This document shows, in pieces, positions 1 through 11,516 of a DNA stretch of 51,292 nucleotides. The DNA is taken from NCBI GenBank assembly GCA_003971905.1, contig RSEE01000043.1, positions 496,001-547,292 on the forward strand. Direction: 5' to 3'. Source of the DNA: Moniliella sp. 'wahieum'. Lineage: Eukaryota. The notes under the pieces are model-generated. The model did no database searches. It was given only the letters and a program-made list of their open reading frames with translations, and was not told the DNA's origin. The translations under genes were made by a program, and so were the position numbers. The stretch's first letter is position 1. Every line of letters starts with the position of its first letter.

Positions 1-124
1 GGGCAGCGTGCTGGCCGCCGGGCGGCGGAGGACTTGGAGGTGGAGGGCCGGGGCGCGCGGCGGAGGCTGTTGCTGTGGACAAGGAGCCGTTGGGGGTATC
101 ATTATGCGGGCGGAAGAGGGACAT
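1..124 (-). CDS. Possible 5' end of an unknown gene running off the left edge of the window
   Basis: ATG at 124 follows a C-rich leader like those of other genes here. The frame MSLFRPHNDTPNGSLSTATASAARPGPPPPSPPPPGGQHAA stays open to the window edge. No recognisable domain. Confidence 0.35.
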   Translation of the reverse strand, partial: MSLFRPHNDTPNGSLSTATASAARPGPPPPSPPPPGGQHAA

Positions 125-1307
125 GGGGATGGGGGGGGGGAGGGGGGCGGATGGTTGCGTCTGGGCCGTGGCGGCGTAGTGTGCGCATGGGTTCAGTTCG
201 GCCGGTGCTGATGGAACCTACTGCCTCGTTCGCACCCAACCGCGCCTCGCCCGTCCGCATTAATGCAAACGTTCAATCTGTCGGGACTCAGCCTGCTCAG
301 GCATCAGATGGATGACATCATCAGCCCAGGCAGCACATGCATGGCAATGTCACGTGCCACGTCACACTCCCCGGCACAATCACTGGGATTAAATATTAAC
401 CATCGCCTGCTCCCCAACCGGCCCTTCCCTCCCCCGGCTGTCTCTCGTCCTCGGCCCAGGATATACCCTTGTGCTGTGCTAAGTATATATAGCAGACCTC
501 TACATTCGCTCTTTTCTTCCGTCCGTGGAATCATATCGCATCAGTCTCTCTCGTCTTCAGTCTTTGATCCACGCCCCCTCCCCCCCGCGCCCTGCACGGC
601 TCTCGCTCGAATTTGCGCGGCCACCGGCCCAACGTCATTCTTGGGGCGCGCCAGCACAGGCTCCACTCACCGAGACTGTCTAGCATTCCTATGCTATGGT
701 ACGGCATGCAAATGCGCAAAAGAATAACCCCATCAGACTTGCCATACATGCTTCCTCCCGTGGGCATTAGGGGTGGGGGGCCAGATGAGTGTGGCCTCGA
801 TCACATACCCATGACCAAGGGGGGAGTAGAAATGAACGGCACGTCGTCTCCGCCTCTCTTATTCATATGTGAGAGAGGTGTGCAGGATCGTCGTGCGTAC
901 TAACTATATATAGCACCTGTTCTTTTCCTCGGCACGGTCATTGGCCAGTGTCAGCCCGAGTCAAGCCATTGCAGGCGGGACACCACCTGGCTACGACTTG
1001 GGCTGGAGATGAGGCAAGAGAAGTACCACCACCATACCTACAGCCCTCGTAACGAGTACCACTCTGATCGGTCAATCCGTTTTGGACAGCCGACGTATTG
1101 TCTGTGCGCTTGGAGCTATGTCTTCCACCGCCGAGCCTTTTGCCCCACACCTCTGACGCTGTAGCCTCGGATTTGCCCCAGCGGTGGCGCCAGGCGATGA
1201 ACATTCAATCCACCCCTGGCGCCACGTGCACAGAAGACCAACCCCCAAAGTGCTTTGCGCCCCACCACCTCCTCGGCCGGACTGCCCCCAGCACATTCGC
1301 CCGCACT

Positions 1308-2144
1308 ATGGCCCAGATCCTGTCGTCGGGAAGCGGTGGCGTCAAGGTGCACCTGCGTGCGCCCAGCGTCGGCATCGACATGGAACGCTACCTGTCTGCT
1401 GGCGTTCCCATCTTCCAACTGCAGGGCACGCTGGAGCAGATCACCGGCATCCCGCCCTCCGGGCAAACGTTGCTGCTGGAGCAGGCGTCCGGAGTGGTAG
1501 CCCTCGCGGACGAGAGTCGAACGCTGTACGACTACGGCGTGCAAACAGGTTCGGTGATCATCGTACGTTCCCTGTTCTCCCCCCCCCCCCTCCCAGCCTC
1601 ACCCCGCAGCCCGCAGCCCACTGACTCGCGCAGGTCCAAGGCGCCGCCCCCGCCTGGCTCCAAGCCGCTCGCACCGCCGACCTAGCCGACGACGAAGCGT
1701 TCCCAAGTACGAGATGAGCCGGAAGAGTACGAGAAGCGGAGCAACACGGTGCGTGCGCAGTTGGCGGCTGTGCGGGCGCACCAGGCTCAGCAGGCGCAGC
1801 AGGCTCCCACCTCCCCTGCTGCTGCTGCGCAGCCCGCGATCCACGTCGGGGAGCGGTGCGAGGTGGACCGGGCCACGGGGCCCGCACGCGGCACGGTGCG
1901 TTTCGTAGGCGAGGCTGAGATGCCTGCGCCGCGGCCGGGCGCACCGCGCGCCACGGGCATTTGGGTCGGGGTGCAGTACGACGAGCCGGTGGGCGCGAAC
2001 GATGGCTCGGTCGGAGGCAAACGGTACTTTGAAACGCTGCCCAAGTACGGCGGGTTTGTCCGCCCGGACAAGGTCCGCGTCGGTGACTTTCCCGAGCTGG
2101 ACTTGTTCGACGAGCAAGAGGAAGAGGAGGAGGAGGAGATTTGA
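1308..2144 (+). CDS. TBCB: Tubulin-folding cofactor B (ubiquitin-like domain + CAP-Gly)
   Basis: The N-terminal UBL reads [14 protein letters not shown]...[14 protein letters not shown]. Intron 1563-1633 (GTACGT...CTGAC...CAG). The linker [18 protein letters not shown] needs two frameshifts near 1700-1725. CAP-Gly reads RGTVRFVG...[23 protein letters not shown]...YGGFVRP, followed by the acidic tail [20 protein letters not shown]. Confidence 0.93.
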
Positions 2145-3165
2145 GGGGCCACCGGTTAGGCCTTGGGTGCGGGCCGCCTCGGACGTGTGTGTTTTTTTTT
2201 TTTCGTTCTTTTGAGCTCACTCCCGTGGCCGGGGCGCAAGGCGGGAAACGAGGAGGTTAGGAGGGCTTAGTAGCCAGCCTTCTTTGCACCTTTGGTATTG
2301 TTTAGGATGGTGGAGGCGGCCTGGTCTTCCGATGGCCGCGGCCAACCTCATCCGCGTGCGGTGCCCATCCGGCCTCAGGGGCCTCAGGCGAGGCCTGAGG
2401 GAAGACGGCCCCATCGCCAGGCACGCTTCCTGCACGGGAACCACGAACCACGGAGCTCGAGGCCGTCGCCTGTGCTCTAGTTGACGTTGCGGACGTGGCG
2501 CGTCGGGCACGAATGACATTGACATGTGACGTGTGACATTGACATGGCATGCGTGGCAAGCGTGGCAAGCGCATGCATTAAGCATTGCATCGCGTTTGCT
2601 GGTCGGGTGGTAGTGGCTCGCACGCACGCGCGGTTGGACCGGCTGCGGCCGATGGCTGGAGCCCGGCTGGTCGGGGGCAGAAATTTAGCCAGCGCCAGGG
2701 TGGTGTGACATGCGACATGCGACATGCGACGTACCACGTGATACGTGACATGCCATGTGATATGTGACATGGGCTATGTGATACCGTACGAGGGGATGGG
2801 GGATGCACGGGATGGATGATGGATGCTGCGCAATGCTGAGTCGACGAGCATGACGTGCATGACGTTGGCGCGCCGCGGCCAGCCAGCGCAGGGCGACACA
2901 GCGCCCACCCCAATCCGTGGGCCAGAGCTAGCGCCTGCCCAAGCCCCAGCGGAGGTGACGGTGACGGTGACTAGGGACTAGCTGGACTAGGACTAGTGAG
3001 GCCCTGAGGCCTGAGCTCAGGTTTGGAGAGGCGCTGCTCGTTCAGTGCGGAACGACGGCAACCAACAGCAGCGTACGGTCACCGAGGGAGGGATCGGCTC
3101 TCTTTTCCTCTCCAGAACAGACGGACACATCGCGGCCGATGCGCGTCGCTATTTTCGTCTAACCA

Positions 3166-4613
3166 ATGGTCAACGTCAAGAGCCTGCTCGGTCGCCAGCC
3201 TGAAAACTACAGCCGCAAGAAAGAGTATGTCTTTGGCCTTACCCTCGGGGAGGGCACGTTTGGCGCTGTGCGTCTAGCCACCCGGATCGGTTCGCCCAGT
3301 TTGCCTCTCGCTGCGGCCTCACACCCCCGCGGAGGGGACGGTGCGCACGGCAGCCGCTCGTTTGGCGCGCGAGAGTCGCATGTTGTCCCAGGGCAAAAAG
3401 TGGCGGTCAAGGTGATTCCGAAAAAAGTGCTCAAGGGCCACCTGGACTATGTCGAGCTGGAAATTGGCGTCTTGGCTTCCCTTTCGCCGCCGCACCCGCA
3501 CGTGGTGCGTCTGCTGGACTGGTTCAGCAGCCGGACCAAGTACTACCTCGTATTTGAGTTGGCTGATGGGGGCGAGCTGTTTGACTGCCTGGTGGCGCGG
3601 GGCAAATTTTCGGAGCGCGATGCGGCGGACATTGTGCGATCGATTGCGAGTGCCTTGGCCTACCTCCATGCACATGGCGTGGTGCACCGCGATGTCAAAC
3701 CAGAGAACATCCTCTTCCGCTCCCCCGCGCACGACGCCAATGTCGTCCTGGTGGATTTTGGCATTGCCAGGGCACTGCATTCGCCCACGGACCAACTCAC
3801 CTCGGCCGCCGGCTCGTTGGGCTACGCCGCACCGGAAATCTTATTGGGCCAAGGCCATGGCACGCCGGTGGATCTGTGGAGCCTAGGCGTGATCACCTAT
3901 ACGCTCCTATGCGGCTACGCGCCATTCCGTACCGACGACCCCAAGTTGCTCGCAGCCGAGACCAAGGCGGGCAAGATCCCGTTCCACCCGCGCCACTGGT
4001 CCCACATTAGTTCGCCAGCCAAACAGTTTGTCCAGCGCTGCCTCACCCTCGATCCGGCCCAACGCATCACGGCTGCCGAAGCGCTCGCTCATCCTGGCTT
4101 TCCGCAACGGGCGCGCAGCCCACCACCGATATCTCCTCGGCGCTGCACGCGAACCATCGGAGACGGTTACGCGCTGCCGTGTTGGCTGTGCGAGCGGGCA
4201 CTCGGATGCGCAACCTGGCCGCCCTGGCGCGCAAGCAGGATCCCGATGGACACGCCCACACCGCATTTGAGGATCATGTCGCGGGCACCGTGGGCAAACA
4301 GGCAACGGCGCAGTGGAGGCGCGACGAAGTGCACAAGGCGCGCTCGCAACTCGGGTGGGACCGGGGGACTTTATCTCGGACGACGAGGCGGCGGGCGTGT
4401 CGCCATCGTCGACCCACTCCATGTCCTTGTCGCACGCGCACGCCAGGCATTCCGACGGATTGCTCCAGGACCCACCACTACTGGCTGCTTGCCTCGCCTG
4501 ACGCTGGCCCCGCTGCGGGCGAAGCACAAGACACAGACGGTTCCTTCTTGCCCTCGTGGACCAGGAATCGCGCGCCCACGGGGACTGCCATCCTGCCGGG
4601 CTTGCCTGGATGA
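3166..4613 (+). CDS. CMK1: Calcium/calmodulin-dependent protein kinase (CaMK1/Cmk1-like)
   Basis: Kinase motifs LGEGTFG, VAVKVI, ELADGGELFD, HRDVKPEN, DFG, GYAAPE and DLWSLG. After a frameshift near 4095-4140 there is a CaM-binding-like helix, RRRLRAAVLAVRAGTRM. The 3' end is approximate. Confidence 0.88.
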
Positions 4614-4651
4614 GGCTTGCTGATGAAAGCGGAAAGGTTGGAAGCGACGAT

Positions 4652-4676
4652 GGGGGGGGGGGGGGGGGGGGGGGGG
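4652..4676. repeat. G25 homopolymer
   Basis: 25 consecutive G downstream of the kinase gene. Confidence 0.9.
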
Positions 4677-5369
4677 CGCGCTGCTCCCTGCCCAGAATAT
4701 GCTTCTGGTTCTATGAAGAGCTCTACGACGCGAGCGGCCTTGATCGCCTGATGGATGATGGATGGTCTGGCCAGGCGAGCGGGGCGAGCGGGAGGGCCTG
4801 GCCCGGGTTGAGCGCCTGAGCGTTGAGTTCCTCGTTGAGGCGCGCCCATGTCGGCGTGCCAGCCCAGGCTGAGCTGAGGGTGCTTGCGCTTGTGAGGCGC
4901 TTGCCCCGCTTAGGGCACGTGACGGGTGATGTACTTGTTTTGCTGTATCTATGTGCTGTTGCTGGTGTGGACAGTGGGCAGTGGGTGTCGGTGGATGTCA
5001 GCAACGCTGCATCATCTGCGTCATGCATCAGACAGACGCCGTGGGGCACCAGCCGCCAGCCGAGCCCATTTCAACATTGCAATGCGCGCCTGCGGGGGGC
5101 TTTGGCTTCTGGCACGCCTGCGCAGGGTCTCGGCCTTCGGGCTGGTCTGCGAGGGGGCGGCGCATGAGTGCATGAGATGGACGGGATGACCGGTGACCAA
5201 TGGCCCATGCGCTTCAGTTGGAGACCGATCGGACAGACGAGATCTCAGATGCGACGCAGGCAGGCGGCGCGCCAGTCTGGGCCCCACCCCTCCCCAGGCG
5301 GCGTCTCACGTCGAACGTCTAACCCCCACCGCCTGCTGTTCGCTGCTCCTTCTCGCCCCGCTCCTGGCC

Positions 5370-7357
5370 ATGGCTGCGCCCTCGACGCTGCGTGTCAGCC
5401 CGCCCTCCGCCTCGCCGCCGCCCCCGCGCGCCCCGCCCCCGCGGCCCTCGCCGCCGACTCGGACGAGGAGGAGCACGAGCGCTGGCAGGCCTACCTCTCG
5501 GGCCCGCCCACCCCCGGCCTCGCCCAGACCGCCCAGCAGATCCGCCGCAGCCTGTCCATCAACGCCCTCCACCTCCGCCGCTCCGACTCCCTCTCCGTGC
5601 CCGCCACCCACCCCGGCACCCCGCACGCCTCTGCCCCCAGCTCGCCCCCTCTCTCGCCCCCGTCTCCCTGCCGAGGCTGCCAAGGGCCTCCACCGCACCC
5701 TCACCCCCAAGATCTGGCGCCCGGGCGGGGAGAATGCGCGCGAGCCCGGCGACTGGCGCCTGCTGGTGCATGTCGTGCGCGGCGGCCTGCGTGCGGGGCT
5801 GGTCAGCTGGGGTCTGCGCGGGACCATCTTTTTTGCTGGCTGTGATTGGGTCGCTGCGCCGGGGCAAGGTGCGTTTCAGCACACTGTTCCGCGCCTACAC
5901 CTCGGCGGCCAACGTGCGCTTTGGCACGATGCTGGGCCTGTGGGCGTTGCTGTACAAGCTGGTGAGCAATACGCTGCGCTTGCTCACCCCGCCGCCGCCG
6001 CCGACGGGCAAACGGCGCGACACGGCACGGTCCCGCGCCACATCCGATGCCGACAACCAAGTGGCCACGTTGCGTGCGATCGGACGCGGGGAGCGCAAGC
6101 AGCGCGAATGGGAGCGGAACGCGAACGTCGGCTGTGGCAACGTCGGCCCGTGTACCTCCGCGACCCGCGTGCGCGCGTGTGGCACGCCTATGTCGCTGGT
6201 GCCCTTAGCGCCTTGGCCTTGCTCGTCGAAAGTTCCTCGACGCGCACGTCGATTGGCCAACAATTGTTTGTCCGCGGCCTCGAGGGCTCGTACAACATCC
6301 TGGAAGATATGGGCCGCGTGCACGTCCCCCACGGTGCGGTGCTGGTGTTTGGTTTGGCGTGTGGCCAAATCATGTGGGCCTGGGTCAATGCGCGACCGAG
6401 TTTGGACCGTGGTTACGTCAAGTGGATCCTCGATGCGTCGCAGGCGTGCCGCAATGCGCTCACCACCATCGACCAAGTCACCGCGACGGGCCAAGTGCCG
6501 GACCAAAACATCCTCTGTCTCTTCCCCGGCGGCGAGTTCCCCCAGCCCCTGGTGCCCGGCACAGCCACCTCCGATCCCATCTTCGCCCCGGTTCCAGCCA
6601 ACAAGCAGAATGTGGTCGGCATCTCCGCTGGCAACGTATTGGCGCTTCGCAAGGTGCTGGATACCAGTCGTCGTGTGCGAGCTGCGACGGCGGCGTTTGA
6701 AGCGGGCCAGGGTCCGGCCGTCGACCCGCTCGACAAGATCCTCCATCTCCCGTGCGCGTTTATGCACCCGCGCACGACGAACCATCTATGGGAGCCGGTT
6801 TTGCGGACTTATTTGGTAGCCAAGTGGATCTTGCCTGTCTACCTCGTCTTGTACTTTGTCCCGGCGCTCTTTTTGCGTACCAAGGCATTTGTGCGCACGC
6901 CGCTGCAAATCACCCTGCGCTCGCTCTTTGGCTCGGCGCGCTCGTCGCTGTTCCTCGCCGCGTTTGTCAACTTGTGGCAATTTGGATTTTGCTTCCCGCG
7001 CGTCGTGCAGCACTTTATTTTGGCCCGGCCCGCGCTGCGCGACCGTCTGCCCACCTCGTTCATCCTCATGCTCGGCAGCCCGCACTGGGCCGGCCCGGCA
7101 GGCATGCTCACTGGTCTCTCGCTCTTTGTCGACGACGCCCGACGTCGCTCCGAGCTGGCGGCGTACGTGCTGCCCAAAGCGCTCGACTCGGCCTGGCGCG
7201 TGGCTCGCACTCAAGGCTGGGCTCCGAAACTGCCCCACGGCGACTTGCTCCTCGCCATGGTCGGCATGAGCTTGGTCATGGGCACCTACGCCCAGCGCCC
7301 GACCACCTCTCGGGCTTGGTCCGCCGCGTGCTGTACCAGTTCCTCGGGCGCAACTAA
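5370..7357 (+). CDS. TMEM135-family integral membrane protein
   Basis: Assembled across frameshifts: VRFGTMLGLWALLYKLV, WHAYVAGALSALALLVE, QQLFVRGLEG, PHGAVLVFGLACGQIMWAW, PCAFMHP, ARSSLFLAAFV, RRSELAAYVLPKALDSAW and DHLSGLVRRVLYQFLGRN*. These match the fungal TMEM135 family pattern as I recall it. Confidence 0.8.
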
Positions 7358-7376
7358 CCACTAAACCACTCCCAAT

Positions 7377-7403
7377 CTGCAACCTGCAACCTGCAACCTG
7401 CAC
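7377..7403. repeat. Heptamer microsatellite (CTGCAAC)x~4 in the 3' UTR
   Basis: ctgcaac ctgcaac ctgcaac ctgcac. Confidence 0.85.
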
Positions 7404-7906
7404 CCCGCTGCCCCCAACTGCAACTATAACTACAAATATAAATACATCTACAAGTACCGCTACCACTACGACTCACTCAACCGCCTGTCCTGCTGGCACT
7501 GACGCCTGCTGCGCTGTGCTGGCGACGAAGGATCATCGCCCGTTTTGTAAGGGAAGCGCCGGGAATGAATGGGCTGTAAAGCAAGCTAGGAAGGGGTTAG
7601 GGGTCAGGGAGGGCAGGGGGGGGGAGCCTGTCCGGCCGGAAGAGAGGGGAGCAGCGAGGCGGATGGGTATGAACGTTAAGCGTGCTATAAGGGATGGAAA
7701 GGGACAAGGGACAAGGGAGACGGGGGAATGAAAGTACAAACCAGGCACAAGAGCAGGCGAGAGTGGGGTAGTCGATAAAGACTGGTATCGGGGAGGCCAA
7801 CAGCACAAGGGAGCAAGATGCACGCATCTCCCCTCTCCAAGGGGGCGGGGGGGAAGAATGCGCCGAGACGTGGGTTAGGGGGTAGGGAGAGGGTAGGGGG
7901 AGGGGG

Positions 7907-10396
7907 TTATCGGCCCTTTTTGGTGAACGTCCGATTGAGCAAGTGGAGAACCTTGCCAACATCGAGTTTGACGTACTCCAAATCGAGCCACTGTACCTCG
8001 TCCTTCTGCTTCTCCAGCAGGTCGTCCAGTTTGAGGTCCATTTCCAGGATGGCTTTTTCCCTTCCCTTGTAGTGCAGCGCAATCAAAAACGCTGCGGGAG
8101 AAGGCGAGGAAAGGGTGAAAAAGATGTTGGCCCGACGCGGTTCTGGCACGGACGACTCGACGATCGTCCCGTCTTTTTCCAATTGGGCATGGGTGAAGCG
8201 GTAGGACCTTGGGCCGACGACTTGTGCGCACGTCGTTCCTTGCCATTGAACGCGACCACGCCCACAGCTGCCGTTGCCTTGCCGTCTTTGCCGGCTGAGG
8301 AGGTGAGGCGCACATTGTGCAGGTAAGAGCGGTAGGCGTCAAATTGCATGCGCAGATACGCATTGTGCTCCCCAATTGTCCGGTACACCGATTCGAGCGA
8401 AGCCATTTCCTGCACCATTTTTTCTCGCATGTTGCCCAGGTGAGTCAGCTCGGCCTCCACCTCGTCCGCCATCAGCGCATACCCGTCCCGCCGATCCACA
8501 ATCTTCAGTTCCTCTAACTCGCGCAGCATCTCCTTGGTCTTGATCCCCCGGCGGACCATCGCCGCGTCTTTGCTCGTTGCCGCCCGCTCGGCAATCAGCT
8601 GCAGCGCCAACGGTCGTGGCTCCGCTAGCGCAGGCACAATCCGCAGCATCTGCACAAACAGCGATTTGGTCTCCATGTACAAAATCTCGTTCGACGTCAC
8701 ATTGTTCTCTGACATGAGCGCCGTTGTCAAGTCCTGAATCGGCGTTTCCCATCGACTAAACAGAGGCAACTCAATGCTCCGGTTCTCGTTGCGCGGGACC
8801 TGGGCCGGCGCAGGTCCCAGCTCATCCACCACAATCCGAAGGTGATGCTTGTCGCCTGGCGCGAGCACGTCGAGGTGCTGCGCAACAAGGGTATGCGTGT
8901 TGTACAGCTCGTTGAGCGTGATGGAAATCTGCAGATCCTTCTTGCTCAGCGCCATGTACTGGTCCATCTCCAGTGTCTCGTAAAAGTCACCGACATCGCA
9001 GAGCGCATTGAGGAACTGGTTGATCCGCGGTTGGTTGGCCTCGACAAACGGGTTGAGCGAAAGCATGTACTCCTCCTTGGCATAGCTCGGTTTGTTGGCC
9101 AGGTTCTGCAGCATCTTGGCAATCAGCGTCAAGGTCCGACGCGGATGCTTGGCGGGACTAGCGTCGACCAGCATGTACGCCTGCGGCGTGACAATGGCCG
9201 GATTGATGAAGCGCAAAAAGAAGAAGCCGCCAATCAACGAGCACACCGAAGCGTCACTGGCATCAGGGTACTTGCGCTTGGTCAACGACCGAATTTGTTT
9301 GCAGATCCACCGGATCCCATACGGAACCAGCTCAATCGAATTGATAATCGTCTGCAAAAAGCTCCCGGCAATTTCCATCAGCATCGTCAGCCGCGGCGCG
9401 ACAATCGCCTGTACATCCGGATTGGCCGCCGCCACCTCGGCCGGCACACCCCGCGGAAGGTTGGGCGGAAGACTACCGGAATCCTCCTCGATCTGACTGA
9501 TCATCTGCTCGTACACCTTGAGCGGGTTCACTTCCAGGTTGAGATCCTTGTGCTCAATCAGACTGTTGATCCGCTCCGCAAGCACCTGCTTTAGGAAACT
9601 CTGCCCCGGTCCACGGCGCGTGTAGGTGGTCATCATCCGTGACACGGGCGTGTTGGCACGCAGCAGCGAGCCAAAGTCGGTCGCCATCTCAAACTGGGCC
9701 GAGAGGACGGACTGCAGACATGACCGAGCAAACCGAGCAAACCGAACCGAGAACCGGCAAAGGGGAGGGGGAGGAAGATGTTTCCGGTCCAGGTCAGCAG
9801 CCACGCGGGTGGGCAACAAGAGGAGGGGGGAGGACGCACCTGGAACATGGTGAGCAGCAGATGCTCTTCGCGGCTCTCGTATTGGTTTCCATACAGGGTG
9901 AACATGACAGTCTGCAGCAGCGTGTCAATCTCCGCCAGCGACACCAGTCGGCAGAGCGCGGCAATGTGGCGTGGCTCCGACTGGAGGAGGAAGAAGAAGT
10001 TGGCGTATTGCTGGGTCTTGCGGTCGTCCAGCGCATAGCCCGACTGGACATCGGGGTCGTCCAAGGTCTGCGCCACATCCGTCTGCTCATCCAGCGCCAT
10101 GCGGTTGGCAATCAACAGCGCAATGCGCGAGTCGAGGAAGCGCACGTCGCGCTCGAGCATAAAGTTGTTCTTGCTCTGGGCCGAGATGCGCGCCTTGAGC
10201 AGACGCAGACGGCGCTGGGTACGCGCAAGCTCGTCCTCCACATCCACGTCTTGCTCGGCAGCAAGGCTGTAGAGCGCGGTAACGCTGTACCGGTTGGCGC
10301 GGCCAAAGTGGGCGCTCATCAGGCCACTGCGCCGCGCCGCCGAGGACGGCGCATGCGCCGTGGGCGCAGCAGGCGCGGGAGGGGGGAGGAAGCCAT
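7907..10396 (-). CDS. Ras GTPase-activating protein (S. pombe Gap1/Sar1-type, RasGAP + RasGAP_C)
   Basis: ANRYSVTALYS, LERDVRFLDSRIALLI, FTLYGNQYESREEHLLLTMFQ, intron 9712-9839, LLRANTPVSRMMTTY, the GAP signature GGFFFLRFINPAIVTP, IAKMLQNLAN, and C-terminal LDDLLEKQ...LLHLLNRTF. Frameshifts lie near 10385 and 8200. An alternative ATG is at 10319. Confidence 0.92.
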
Positions 10397-11516
10397 GGGC
10401 ACAGCGCCAGCGGCGAGTGGGAGGGGGGTGGGGGTGGTGGGGGGCGGGGGGCGACGCGCGGGGCCGAGAGCGGGCGACGTGGCGGGCGGGTGCGAGGCGC
10501 TGGTCTGCGGGGGGGGGGGGGGGCGGCTGCGGCTGCGGCTGCGCTTGTGCTGGGATTAAGCTGGGGCTGGCGCTAGGCTGCGTTTTGCTCGCCCAGGCGC
10601 CTCTACTCGGGCGGCACGCGGCAGGCGCAGGCACCCAGTACGCTCCCAGTGCGCCTGTGCGCGGCTGCGGGCGGCCGCTGTGCGCTGCGTACTGCTGCGT
10701 ACTGCGTGGCAACAGCTGGCTGGCAGCGCACCATGCAGCATGCCAGCCCCGTGCCGCCTGCCCTACCCCGGCACCGCGGCAGTGTGCGTCCGCCTGCCGC
10801 CCTCGATTGGCCGCAAGCCACACTGGCCTGCCTTGGCCTGCCCTGGCCTGCCCCGCCAGTGCCCCGCCAGTGCTGCCCCACCGGCCTCCCCCCCCCGGCC
10901 CAGGCGGCGCACACGCGTTAACCTCCCCCTAGGGTTCCACCTCCCGCCCAGCGCCAGTGTCAGCCGCCCATCACACTCAGTCCCCTCCTGCCACACTGCC
11001 CCCCTGAGCTAAGCGCTGAAGCACGTGACGCGTCATGCATCATGTGCGATGAGCTTATGCAGAGCAGCTTTTGACGCTCTCGCATCTTCTCAGACTTATC
11101 CCCGAGCCTGAGCTGCCTGAGCCTCAAGCGTAAAGCTTTAACATCAACTAGCTCCTCCAGTTCGGTTACATCTGTACACCCCCTGGCCAATGTTTGTCGC
11201 CCCAACCACAAACACCGGCCACATCTCACACCCTCGCGGCCCTGTCTCCTCCATCTCGTAGCCGTCTCCAGACCAGCGACCAGTCGATCACCTCGGGAAT
11301 CCGAACCAAGTCCCTCGTCACAGACCACTCAAGTGCCTACCGCACCACTCGCCTACGTACACCAGTTACAGCCCACAGGCCAGAGGATGGCTCAAGGAAG
11401 GAAGATGCAATAGGGGGTACTCGAAGAGAAAAAAAAGGACACGCACTGTCCAACGCAGAAGCGTCGTTCCCGTACCAGCTCAGCACCAGCTCGGGCCAGA
11501 GTTCAGGGTGCAGGCC

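Noticed and set aside
4723..5049. Small minus-strand ORF between the kinase and TMEM135 genes
   Set aside because: It has no canonical ATG context or recognisable domain, and it overlaps promoter/UTR-like sequence.
11046..11055. PAC motif GCGATGAGCT
   Set aside because: It is not upstream of a ribosome-biogenesis gene, and a single occurrence is compatible with chance.
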